Shown here in pieces: positions 36,324-45,608 of a stretch of 64,000 nt of DNA; the stretch's first letter is position 1, and every line of letters begins with the position of its first letter. The stretch is from Thermoflexus sp. (lineage in GTDB: Bacteria > Chloroflexota > Anaerolineae > Aggregatilineales > Aggregatilineaceae): positions 67,603 to 131,602 of the forward strand of contig DYGX01000006.1 in assembly GCA_020724465.1 (NCBI GenBank), given 5' to 3'. The position numbers and the translations under genes are program-made. The notes under the pieces are model-generated. The model was not told the origin of the DNA. It searched no databases and saw nothing but the letters and a program-made list of their open reading frames with translations.

Positions 36324-37523
36324 CTAGAGCGCGAAGCCCTCAATGCGGTAGGGCGCCACCTTGACGCCCGGCAACTGCTCGCGCAGCCGCGTCTGGAGCG
36401 TGCGAAGCTGCGCGGCGATCTCTTCGTCGCTCAGCGGGCGGATACCGGCGGCGGCTGCCTGCTCCGGGTATTCCGTGCCCGGCGCGGGGACGTAGCTCGA
36501 CAGATACACCAGGTCGCCCGGACCCAGATCCATCGCGCGGATCGCCTCAAGCGTGCGCGCGACGTGCGTGTCGGCGTAGCGATCGCCGCCGATGCCCGCC
36601 ATGACGATGACCCCCGCCGAGATCCCGCCGGCGCGCAGAGCGCGCACCGCGTCGATCGCGTCCTGGGCGCTGCCGGGCTTGTTGAGGAAGCGCAGCAGGT
36701 CGTCGTCGCCCGTTTCCAGGCCGATGTATGCCCGCTCGACGCCCAGCGCGTGCAGCTCCGCCCACTCGGCGGGCGATTTGCGCTCGACGTCGAAGGCGCT
36801 GACGAACGAGTAGATCGGGCGCGGCCTATCGGGCAGGCGGAAATAGTCCTGTGCGATCTCAAGCAGCGTCACCAGGCGTTTCTGCGGCGTCACCAGCGCG
36901 TTGGCGTCCGCCAGGAAGATGCCGCGCCGCAGGCTGATCCCGGCGCCGAAGAAATCGCGCACGGCCTCGCAGTGCGCGCGGAAGGACTCGGGGGAGTGGA
37001 TGCGGAAGGCGCGGTCGCGGTACAGCCCGCAGAACGTGCAGCGGTTCCACGAGCACCCCTCGGTCGCTTGCAGCACCAGCGCCAGGTACTGGTCGGGCGG
37101 CAGGATGCTGACCGGCTTGTACAGCGCGCGAAACGTCGCGCCGTCCTGCGCCAGCCGCTCCGGGCCAAAGCTCAGGATCCGCGCCAGCGCGTCCGCCAGC
37201 AATCGGCGATCGTCCGGCGGCAGGTCGAGCGCGGGCAGGACGGCGTTCAGGGCGCGCAGGTCCGCGAACACGCCTGCGATTAGCGCGTTGGCTTCATCGG
37301 GCGGCAGCTCCCGGCGGCGGGCGGCCTGCTCGCCGCTGCGCTCCAGCACGCGATGATCGAGCGTGCGTTGATAGCTACGCCCGCCGCTGAAGATCGCCAG
37401 CAGGCGCCCGGCCTGGTCAAAGCTGTAGCTGGTCCCGTAGCGCGGCGAGATGACGATCGCCGCCCCGGCCACGCTGGCCGTGATCGTCTCTCCGGTGTGC
37501 GGGTGGCTGGCAAGAATCGGCAT
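36324..37523 (-). CDS. radical SAM domain protein with CX4CX2C cluster motif
   Basis: ATEGCSWNRCTFCGLY followed by a TIM-barrel-like region (GLETGDD, AGVIVMAGIGG). Start is ATG 37523 (MPILASH) or upstream ATG 37634. Confidence 0.75.
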   Translation of the reverse strand: MPILASHPHTGETITASVAGAAIVISPRYGTSYSFDQAGRLLAIFSGGRSYQRTLDHRVLERSGEQAARRRELPPDEANALIAGVFADLRALNAVLPALDLPPDDRRLLADALARILSFGPERLAQDGATFRALYKPVSILPPDQYLALVLQATEGCSWNRCTFCGLYRDRAFRIHSPESFRAHCEAVRDFFGAGISLRRGIFLADANALVTPQKRLVTLLEIAQDYFRLPDRPRPIYSFVSAFDVERKSPAEWAELHALGVERAYIGLETGDDDLLRFLNKPGSAQDAIDAVRALRAGGISAGVIVMAGIGGDRYADTHVARTLEAIRAMDLGPGDLVYLSSYVPAPGTEYPEQAAAAGIRPLSDEEIAAQLRTLQTRLREQLPGVKVAPYRIEGFAL

Positions 37524-37657
37524 ACGCGCTCCCAAGCGGCCCCGCCGGGCGAGGTGCCCGGCAGCGTCGATTATAACCAGACTGGCCGGGCGGCGGAGAA
37601 TAGGAGTATCATCAAGATACGAATATGGATGCATCTGCTGCCCTGAGGACAGCACCT

Positions 37658-38215
37658 ATGGCTGAGTTCAACCCGAATGAAGCGGTCGCGGTCGTAGACT
37701 ACGACCCGGCCTGGCCGGATCTTTTTGAGCGCGAGGCAGCCGCCGTGTGCGATGCGCTGGGCGACGCGCTGATAGAGCTGGAGCACATCGGCAGCACATC
37801 GGTGCCCGGCCTGCCCGCGAAGCCGACGATCGATCTGCTCGCCGCCGTCGAAGCCTTCGCGCCGCTGGAAACCTACGCCGCGCAGCTTGCGCCCCTGGGC
37901 TACCGCTACCAGCCGCATGAGAACGCCGGCGAGCGCCTGTTCTTCTGGAAGGGAACGCCGCGCACCTATCACCTGCACATTGTCGAATACGCCACCTGGG
38001 AGCACCAGCGGCACATCCTGTTTCGCGACTATCTGCGCGCGCACCCGCAGGTCGCCGCGCAGTATGCCGCGCTCAAGCGCGATCTGGCGGCGCGTTTCGA
38101 GCACAACCGCCCCGCCTACACCGAGGGCAAATCTGCCTTCATTTTCGCCATTGTCGAGCGCGCGCTCAGCGAGACCGGCACGCCGCACGCCGCGCGCCAG
38201 CCCGACCAGCCCTGA
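37658..38215 (+). CDS. GrpB-family (nucleotidyltransferase-fold) protein
   Basis: VVDYDPAWPDLFE, EHIGSTSVPGLPAKPTIDLL and RDYLRAHP are GrpB hallmarks. Confidence 0.85.
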   Translation: MAEFNPNEAVAVVDYDPAWPDLFEREAAAVCDALGDALIELEHIGSTSVPGLPAKPTIDLLAAVEAFAPLETYAAQLAPLGYRYQPHENAGERLFFWKGTPRTYHLHIVEYATWEHQRHILFRDYLRAHPQVAAQYAALKRDLAARFEHNRPAYTEGKSAFIFAIVERALSETGTPHAARQPDQP

Positions 38216-38234
38216 CACTACGCCGGATCCGCCG

Positions 38235-39749
38235 ATGCCCCTGTCTCTGCCCCGCTGCTCGCGCTGCGACGCGCGCCTGATTCCCGACCTTGCCGGCGAC
38301 GGGCTGTGGTGCCAGTTCTGCGGCGCGGCGCGGGACGATCCCGAGGCGCGGCAACTGGCCGCCAGCGCTCAAAGCGCCGGGCGCGATCACGACTACATCC
38401 CGCCCGCCCGCGCGCTCGACATGCCGCCGGAGCAGCACCGCCTGCTCGACAGCGCGTGGGCATGCATCCAGGAAGGCGATCTCGTCAGCGCGCGTTTCTT
38501 GCTCCACGACACGCTGCGGCGGTTCACCGACGAAGCGGACGCCTGGTATCTACTCTCGCTGACCACCGGCGACCCCGGCGAGCAGCGCCTTTACCTGGAG
38601 CGGGCGCTGGCCGCCCAACCCTATCATGCCTATGCCTGGCGCGCCAGAGGTGTGCTGGATGGGGTGATCCCCGCCGGAGACGCGCCCGACATGCCCGACC
38701 CGGACGGCCCGGTCGAGGCTGAGTCGGTCATCGAGGCGTGCCCGGTGTGCGGCGGCGCGCTCCGCTTCGACCCGGCGCTGGACGGGCTGGCGTGCCATCA
38801 CTGCGGCCACCGCCCCGGCGACGCGCCCGGCGGGAGCGGGCCGGGGCCATACACGCGGCTGGACCACGCGCTGCTCCGGCGGCGTTTCGGTTTCACACGC
38901 GCCTGGCAGATCGGGGCACGCGTGCTGGTCTGCCAGAACTGCGCGGCGCAGATTACGCTGGGCGCGGCGCAACTTTCGACCGTCTGCCCGTTCTGCGATA
39001 GCGCGCATATCCTGGTGCAGGATGCAGTCGGCTCGTTCGACCAGCCGGACGCGCTGCTGCCCTTCCGGCTGGACCGCGCCGCCGCCGCCCGCGCCGTCCA
39101 CGCCGCGCTGGACCCCGTTCGGCGCGCCCGCGTCGAGCGGGGCGACGTGCAGGGCGTCTACCTGCCGTTCTGGATGTTCGAGGGGCTGGCGTCGGTGCTG
39201 CTGCCCGCCGCGCTGGCATCGTGCACGCCGGTGCGCGGCGGCGTCTTCGCCGTAGGCGCGATGCTGGTCAGCGGGGCGCGCTCGCCCGGCCAGGACGTGC
39301 TCGAAGCCCTGTTGCCCTATGATCTGGACGCGCTGATCGGCTACGACGCGCGCTATCTGGCCCTGTGGCCCGCGCGGCTCTACGAGGACGACGTCGTCCA
39401 GGCGTCGCTGGCCGCCCGCGCCTACCTCAAGCACGCGGCACGGGTCGCGGCGCTGGGCCGCAGTCTGCCCCCCGTCGCCCTGGCGCGCAGCGATCACGCT
39501 GCCTATCACGCGCCGGACGGCCCGCTGTGGGAGCAGACGCGCGTCGAGATCGAGGGGCTGAGCTACCGGCTGATCCTGCTGCCGGTGTGGTTCGCCGCGC
39601 TGCACCTGAGCGGCGGCGGGCACCTGCCGGCCTATGTCAACGGGCAGACCGGCCAGGCCGTGATCGCGGCGCGGGTGGATCCCGGCGCCAGACCGCGCCC
39701 GCTATCCCGCGTGATTCGCCCTCTGGCGCCGCTGCCGTCTCGACCGTGA
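38235..39749 (+). CDS. triple zinc-ribbon / TPR-like protein of unknown function
   Basis: Three CxxC-x14/15-CxxC units: CSRC..CQFC, CPVC..CHHC and CQNC..CPFC. A TPR-like helical segment lies between units 1 and 2. ATG 38235 lies inside track ORF 37887..39749. Confidence 0.65.
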   Translation: MPLSLPRCSRCDARLIPDLAGDGLWCQFCGAARDDPEARQLAASAQSAGRDHDYIPPARALDMPPEQHRLLDSAWACIQEGDLVSARFLLHDTLRRFTDEADAWYLLSLTTGDPGEQRLYLERALAAQPYHAYAWRARGVLDGVIPAGDAPDMPDPDGPVEAESVIEACPVCGGALRFDPALDGLACHHCGHRPGDAPGGSGPGPYTRLDHALLRRRFGFTRAWQIGARVLVCQNCAAQITLGAAQLSTVCPFCDSAHILVQDAVGSFDQPDALLPFRLDRAAAARAVHAALDPVRRARVERGDVQGVYLPFWMFEGLASVLLPAALASCTPVRGGVFAVGAMLVSGARSPGQDVLEALLPYDLDALIGYDARYLALWPARLYEDDVVQASLAARAYLKHAARVAALGRSLPPVALARSDHAAYHAPDGPLWEQTRVEIEGLSYRLILLPVWFAALHLSGGGHLPAYVNGQTGQAVIAARVDPGARPRPLSRVIRPLAPLPSRP

Positions 39750-39759
39750 GGACCGAAGC

Positions 39760-40596
39760 ATGAGCGACTTTCCGCCGATCATCGTCGTTTCCGGCGGGCG
39801 CGGAGCCAGCGGCGAGCAGCTTGTGCGCACCGCGCTGGCGCAGTTCAGCAACGGCGACGCCGTGCCGGTGGAGATCATGGGCGGCGTGAAGACGGAAGCC
39901 CAGCTCCGCGAGGCGGTGACGCGGGCCGAGCAGACCGGCGGTACGCTTGTGCACACGCTGGTCGATGCCGAGCTGCGCGAGCGCATGATCGTCCTGGCGC
40001 GCGCGCACAACGTCTCCGCCATCGACCTGATCGGCGCGCTGATGCTGCGCCTGACGCACGTCCTTGGCAGCGAGCCGATCGGCCAGCCGGGGCTATACCG
40101 CCAGATCCGCGAGGCGTATTTCCGGCGCATCGAGGCCATCGAGTTCACCGTCGATCACGACGACGGGCGCAAGCCGCACGAGCTTGGCCTGGCCGAGATC
40201 GTGCTGGTCGGCGTGTCGCGCGTGGGCAAGACGCCGCTGAGCATCTACCTTGGCACGCGCGGCTGGAAGGTCGCCAACGTGCCGCTCGTGCGCGGGATCG
40301 ACCCGCCGCCGGAGCTGTTCCAGATCGATCCGCGCCGCGTCGTCGGGCTGACCATCGACCCAGAAAACCTGCGGGCCTATCGCAGCCGCCGCCAGCGCAA
40401 GCTCGGTGTAGACAGCTACACCTCGTACACCGACCCGCGCGCGCTGTACGAAGAAGTACAGTACGCTGAGGAGATCTGCCAGCGCGCCGGCTTCCCGCTG
40501 GTCGATATCACCGAACGCTCGATTGAAGAGAACGCCGACGAGGTGATCGCGCACGTCACCCGGCGCCTGGCCGAGCCGCCCCCGGACGCCCGCTAA
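39760..40596 (+). CDS. PpsR/PDRP-family bifunctional kinase-pyrophosphorylase (DUF299)
   Basis: N-terminal IIVVSGGRGASGEQL, P-loop VLVGVSRVGKTPLSIYL, and length about 278 aa. Confidence 0.85.
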   Translation: MSDFPPIIVVSGGRGASGEQLVRTALAQFSNGDAVPVEIMGGVKTEAQLREAVTRAEQTGGTLVHTLVDAELRERMIVLARAHNVSAIDLIGALMLRLTHVLGSEPIGQPGLYRQIREAYFRRIEAIEFTVDHDDGRKPHELGLAEIVLVGVSRVGKTPLSIYLGTRGWKVANVPLVRGIDPPPELFQIDPRRVVGLTIDPENLRAYRSRRQRKLGVDSYTSYTDPRALYEEVQYAEEICQRAGFPLVDITERSIEENADEVIAHVTRRLAEPPPDAR

Positions 40597-40921
40597 GCCA
40601 GCAGACTTTGAGTTGCGCAACCCCCTTGCAAACACTACAATCCCGGCGTATGACACACCGATCATCCGCTTCGCTTCCGGACTTTACGCCCGCGCTGGAA
40701 GGGTTCCGCGCCGACGAGTTCCGCGTGCTCACCGAGACGCTGCTGGCCATCCCCGCAGAGCACGATCGAACCCGCCTGCACCAGGCCCCCTTCCGGCTGG
40801 ACGCCCCCGAACCGGAGCCAGAGCGCCCGCTGCCCCCGCTGCCGCCGCGCTGGTATCCGCGCCCGGCGCGCGAGGTGATCGAGGCGGCCCGCGCCAGCCT
40901 CGCCCCCCGCCGCGCCCGCCT

Positions 40922-43900
40922 GTGTTCGAGGGCCGCGCCGCCGAGATGGAGCGGCTGCTGCGCCCGCTGCTGTCGGGGCACCCCATGCAGATCCGGGGCG
41001 AGCGCGGCATCGGCAAGACCACGTTCCTGGCGGCGGTCGCCGCCCACGAGCGCACGCGCCAGCGGTTCCGCCGCATCTGGTGGATCGACCGGCCCGAACG
41101 GCTGGAGCAGACACTCGCGCTGACGCTCAACCTGCCGCACCTGCTAAGCGAACCGGATCCCGCCGGGCGCCACGCGCTGCTGTCCGGCCAGCTTGACGAC
41201 CACACGCTGCTGATTGTCGACAACCTGCTGCCCGGCGATCCACTCATCGACGCGCTGCCGCGCGTGACCGAACACGTGCTGCTGGCCGTGGAGACCGAAC
41301 CGGAGCTCGCGCCGCCCGGCGAGCCGCCCGGCGAAGACCCGGCCGGGATCGTCACGCTGCGCGCGCTGGCCGAGTCCCCGGCAATCGACGCGCTGGCGCA
41401 GCACGCCGAGATCCACGACACACGCCGCATCCGGGGCGAGCTGGCGCGCATCGCCGACGCGCTGGAACACCACCCCTTCGCGTTGATGGTGGCCGGGCGG
41501 ATGGTCAGCCGCGACGGGCTGAGCCTCTCCGAGCTGGAAGAGCTGCTCGGCGCCATGCCCGCGCTGGCGCTGACCGATGCGGACGCCCCCGCCGATGAGG
41601 CGCTGGCCGCTCACCATGCCCGCATCACGCGCCCGCTGAAAGTCTCTGCCGAGGCGCTGCCGGATGACTACGCCGCGCTGCTGGCCGCCTACAGCCTGTT
41701 CCCGCCGTCCGGCGCGCCGTTCGCGGCACTCCACGCTGCCGCTGGCCTGCTGTCGCCGCTGACCACCCGGCGCGGCCTGCTCATGCTGGCGCAGTACGGC
41801 TTTATCCAGGTTGATCACCGCGATCCGCAGCATACCGTCCTGTACCCGCTGGCGCTGGACTGCGCGCAATCCCTCGCCCCACGAGAATTCTACGAGACGG
41901 CGCGCGAGCGGCTCGTGGAATGGGCGCAGCAGTTCGCGGCGGAGCACGCCGCCCGGCCCACGGCGCTGTACCGCGCCGAGCCGGCGCTGCTTCACGCGCT
42001 CGATCTCGTCCGCGTGCAGGGCCGCGCCCAAAGCGCGCGCCTGATGGCGAGCCTGCGGCCCTACCTGCGCGAGTACGCGCCCGGCTGCCTGCCCGACGAC
42101 GCCACGCACCGCCAGCCGGAACTGACCGGCGAGCGCGCCGAGGGCGCCCGCCTGACCGCTGACGGGCTGGCCCTGACCGATGCGGGCGATTGGGGCGCAG
42201 CCGAGGAAGCGTTGCAGAACGCGCTGGCGCTGCGGCGCGAGCACGATAGCCCGCACGCCATCGCCGAGACGCTGGTCGCGCTGGCCCGGCTGCGCGACCT
42301 GACCGGCGACGCGCGCCAGGCCGCCGAGCATCTCATCGAAGCCGCCGAGATGGTCTTCAACCTGGGCGCGGAGCCGTCGTTGAGCGTCATCCGGCGCGGG
42401 CTGGCGCAGGTCTATCGCCACCTGGGGCGCTACCACGACGCGCTGGCCGTGCTGGATGATGCCCCCGCCGCGCACCTGGAACGGGCCGCGATCTTTCGCG
42501 CGCAGGGACATTATGACGAGGCCGTGCGTGAGATTTCCCAAACGCCCGACGCCTCGCCCGAAGCGCGGGCGGAGCTTCTGCTGCTGGCGCGGCGCTACGA
42601 CCAGGCGCTGGATGCGGTCGCCGGGCGCGAGGATCCCGCTTCGGCGCTCATGCGCGCCCAGGCCCACCACCTGCAAGGCAATGCCGAACTGGCCATCGAG
42701 AATTACCGGCTCGCGCTCGAACGCGCTCCGGCTGACGCGCCAACCCGCGCCCGGACGCTGCGCGGGCTGGGTGCGGCGCTGGCTCTGGCCGGGCGCTACG
42801 CCGACGCGCTTGCCGCGCTCGACGAGGCGCTCGCCATCGAACGCGATCATCCCTCGCCGGACGGCACGCGACAGGGCCGCACGCTGAGTCTGCTGGCGGC
42901 GGTCCGGCTGGCCGCGGGCGAGCCACAGGCAGCAGCCGAGACGGCCCGCCGGGCGCTCGAACTGTTGCAGCGCGCCACCGCCCCCGCCGAAACCGCCGAC
43001 GCGTTCCGCACGCTGGGCAACGCGCTGTGGGAGCTGGGCGACTACGCCGGGGCGCTCGAAGCGTTTGAGGGCGAAGTCGAGCACGCACAGGCGCTGGCCG
43101 TCCGCGACGAGCCACGCATCGGCCTGGCGCTGCACCGTGTCGCGGATGCCTATCTGCGGACCGGCAGCCCCGACCGCGCGGTTGCCAATTATCGCCGCGC
43201 TCTGACACACTTGAACCCCACAGCGGACCCGGAAGCGACCTTCATCACGCAGCTGGCGCTGCACGCGGCGCTCATCGCCGCCGAGCGCTTGCCCGCGGCG
43301 CACGATGTCGCCCAGGAGATGGTCGATCACATCGCGCGCCAGCCCCATTTCTCGCTGCGGGCCTATGGCTACGCCCAGGCGCTGCGCGCCCGCACCCAGA
43401 TCGCCATGGAACGCCCGATCCGCGCCCGGCAGTCGATGGCCGAATGGGAGCAGGTGCTGGCCGCCCGTGCCAACGAAGCTGCCGCCGATCCGGACCCCGC
43501 CCTGCAAACGCTGGTGCTGGGCCTGGCGGCGCGCAGCCTGCTGGCGGATGAGCGCCCGTCGCTGGCGCTGGAGATCGCGCAGCGGGAAGTCGAGGTCACC
43601 CGGCAGCACTACGCGGGCGATCTGCCCGCCTGGGCCGCGATCCGCGACCTGGGCGAAGCCCACGCCGCGCTGGAGCAATATGAAGAAGCGATCCTCACGC
43701 TGGAGCCGCTGCTCGCGCCGGAGCTTCAGACCTTCCCCGCCACGCACGCGCTGGCCTGGCGCGTGACCGGCGAGGCGTACCGGGCCATCGGCGAGCCGGC
43801 GAGCGCGCTGCGTCACCTGGAAGCGGCTCTGGTCCACGAGCCGGACACGCACCTGCGCGGCCTGATCCACGAGACGATCGCCGCGATCGAACTGGAGCAG

Positions 43901-45592
43901 AACCGCCCCGCAGACGCGGTCGTCAGCCTGCGCGCCAGCCTGACGCTGCTCGACCGCGAGGCCCATCCGGACGCGGCGGCTCGTGTCCTGGCGACGCTGG
44001 CGCGCACCCTGGGCGGGCTGAATCGCTACGCCGAGGCCATCGCCGAATACGAGCAAGCCCTCGTCATGCTGCGCGAGGTCGAGAACATCAGCCCGGCCCA
44101 CACCGCCGAGGTGCTGCGCGCCCTGGGCCAGACGCACGAGGCGCAGGGCCAGCTCGCCGAAGCCGCCCGCGCCTACCGCCGCGCGCTGAACATCCTGGAG
44201 CGAGCCGACGCCCCGCGTCTGGGGCGCGACATCCTGCACCAGCTCGCGCGCGTCACGGCGGCGCTGGGTGATGGCAGCGCCGTCCAGCTCTACGAGCAAA
44301 CCCGTGACGAGACGGCGCAGTGGGGCGACCCGCGCGAGCTGGGGATCGTGCTGTGCGAGCTGGCAGACGTGCACCGCGACGCGGGCCGGCTGCCCCTGGC
44401 CTTGCAGAATTACCAGGCGGCCCTCGACCAGCAGCCGCCCGAAGCCTACCCGCGCGAGCGCGTCAACACCCTGCGCAACCTGGGCCGCGCCTATCGCCTG
44501 ATGGAACGCTACGACGAGGCGCGCAAAACCTGGGCCGAGGCGCTGGAGCTGTCGCGCCGGCTGCCGGATCACTCGCCGCTGGAAATGGCGCTCACCTATC
44601 ACGCCATCGCCGAGGCGCACCGCAGCCAGGGCCAGTGGGAGCAGGCGGAAAAGACGTATCGCGAGGCGCTGCAATATCACGATCCGCGCAGCGTCGAGGC
44701 GGCGGCAACCTGGCGCGCCCTGGGCCAGACACTGCACGACAGCGGGCGTCCTGCTGACGCAGTCGAGCCGCTGCGCCAGGCGCTGGAGATCGAGAAGGCG
44801 CAGCCACAACAGGCCAACGCCCGGCTGGTCCAGACGCTTCAGGCGCTGGCCGAAGCGCACAAAGCCGCCGGCGATCTACGCTCGGCCCTGGCACGCCATC
44901 ACGAGGCGCTGGTCTACATGGACCGCGCGCTCCAGCCGGTCGCCTACGCCGATACGCTGCGGGTGTTGGGGTACCTGTACTGCGACAACGGCCAGTATCG
45001 CCAGGCGCACACCGCCTTTGACGAGGCGCTGGCGATCGAGAACATGCTCACGCCGCGCAGCGACGAGCGCATCAGCATGACGCTTCAGGCCATCGCGGAC
45101 ACCTATCGCGCCGAAAACGACCTGGAAAAAGCAGCGGAGTATTACCAGAAGGTGACTGCCTACGCCAACCTGGCGCGGCGCGCCTCGCAGAACTTGAAGG
45201 AAACGCTCGACGAGCTGGACCGCCGCCGGGCGACCTTACAGGCCGCACAGCAGTCTTTGGCCCTGCTGGACCGCAGCGACAACGCCGACATCAAAGATCT
45301 GACGTTCATCTACGCGCTGATCGCGCGTTCGCACGCCGCCCTCAAGCAGCCCGACAAAAGTGTCGAGGCGATCTACGAGCTGCTCGACGTGCTCGAAGCG
45401 CGCCAGCACCAGCTCAGCCGCGACGACCCGGAGCCGGATCACCGCGCCCTGGCCTGGCTGGCCGAAGCGTCCCGCGCCCAGGACGAAGAAGACCTGCCCT
45501 CGGCGCGGCTCGCCTGCCGCCACGCGCTCGAAGCGGTCCAGAATCCGAACCTGCGCTGGGTGATTGAGCAGGTTCAACTCTCGCTCGCCTAG
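40922..45592 (+). CDS. giant STAND (NB-ARC/AAA-like) NTPase with about 1300 aa of TPR repeats
   Basis: PVFEGRAAEMERLL, Walker A GERGIGKTT, Walker B LLIVDN, then continuous TPR-type repeats. Track ORF begins at TTG 40613; possible starts are GTG 40922 and ATG 40946. See the frame-break finding. Confidence 0.8.
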   Translation: MFEGRAAEMERLLRPLLSGHPMQIRGERGIGKTTFLAAVAAHERTRQRFRRIWWIDRPERLEQTLALTLNLPHLLSEPDPAGRHALLSGQLDDHTLLIVDNLLPGDPLIDALPRVTEHVLLAVETEPELAPPGEPPGEDPAGIVTLRALAESPAIDALAQHAEIHDTRRIRGELARIADALEHHPFALMVAGRMVSRDGLSLSELEELLGAMPALALTDADAPADEALAAHHARITRPLKVSAEALPDDYAALLAAYSLFPPSGAPFAALHAAAGLLSPLTTRRGLLMLAQYGFIQVDHRDPQHTVLYPLALDCAQSLAPREFYETARERLVEWAQQFAAEHAARPTALYRAEPALLHALDLVRVQGRAQSARLMASLRPYLREYAPGCLPDDATHRQPELTGERAEGARLTADGLALTDAGDWGAAEEALQNALALRREHDSPHAIAETLVALARLRDLTGDARQAAEHLIEAAEMVFNLGAEPSLSVIRRGLAQVYRHLGRYHDALAVLDDAPAAHLERAAIFRAQGHYDEAVREISQTPDASPEARAELLLLARRYDQALDAVAGREDPASALMRAQAHHLQGNAELAIENYRLALERAPADAPTRARTLRGLGAALALAGRYADALAALDEALAIERDHPSPDGTRQGRTLSLLAAVRLAAGEPQAAAETARRALELLQRATAPAETADAFRTLGNALWELGDYAGALEAFEGEVEHAQALAVRDEPRIGLALHRVADAYLRTGSPDRAVANYRRALTHLNPTADPEATFITQLALHAALIAAERLPAAHDVAQEMVDHIARQPHFSLRAYGYAQALRARTQIAMERPIRARQSMAEWEQVLAARANEAAADPDPALQTLVLGLAARSLLADERPSLALEIAQREVEVTRQHYAGDLPAWAAIRDLGEAHAALEQYEEAILTLEPLLAPELQTFPATHALAWRVTGEAYRAIGEPASALRHLEAALVHEPDTHLRGLIHETIAAIELEQNRPADAVVSLRASLTLLDREAHPDAAARVLATLARTLGGLNRYAEAIAEYEQALVMLREVENISPAHTAEVLRALGQTHEAQGQLAEAARAYRRALNILERADAPRLGRDILHQLARVTAALGDGSAVQLYEQTRDETAQWGDPRELGIVLCELADVHRDAGRLPLALQNYQAALDQQPPEAYPRERVNTLRNLGRAYRLMERYDEARKTWAEALELSRRLPDHSPLEMALTYHAIAEAHRSQGQWEQAEKTYREALQYHDPRSVEAAATWRALGQTLHDSGRPADAVEPLRQALEIEKAQPQQANARLVQTLQALAEAHKAAGDLRSALARHHEALVYMDRALQPVAYADTLRVLGYLYCDNGQYRQAHTAFDEALAIENMLTPRSDERISMTLQAIADTYRAENDLEKAAEYYQKVTAYANLARRASQNLKETLDELDRRRATLQAAQQSLALLDRSDNADIKDLTFIYALIARSHAALKQPDKSVEAIYELLDVLEARQHQLSRDDPEPDHRALAWLAEASRAQDEEDLPSARLACRHALEAVQNPNLRWVIEQVQLSLA

Positions 45593-45608
45593 AGGTTGTT
45601 ATGGCGTC

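Noticed and set aside
41144-44860. 1238-aa minus-strand ORF antisense to the STAND-TPR gene
   Set aside because: Its composition is dominated by Arg/Gly/Ala/Gln/Val with no recognisable motif, and it lies exactly antisense to a gene with clear Walker and TPR signatures. This is the typical stop-poor shadow frame of a high-GC genome.
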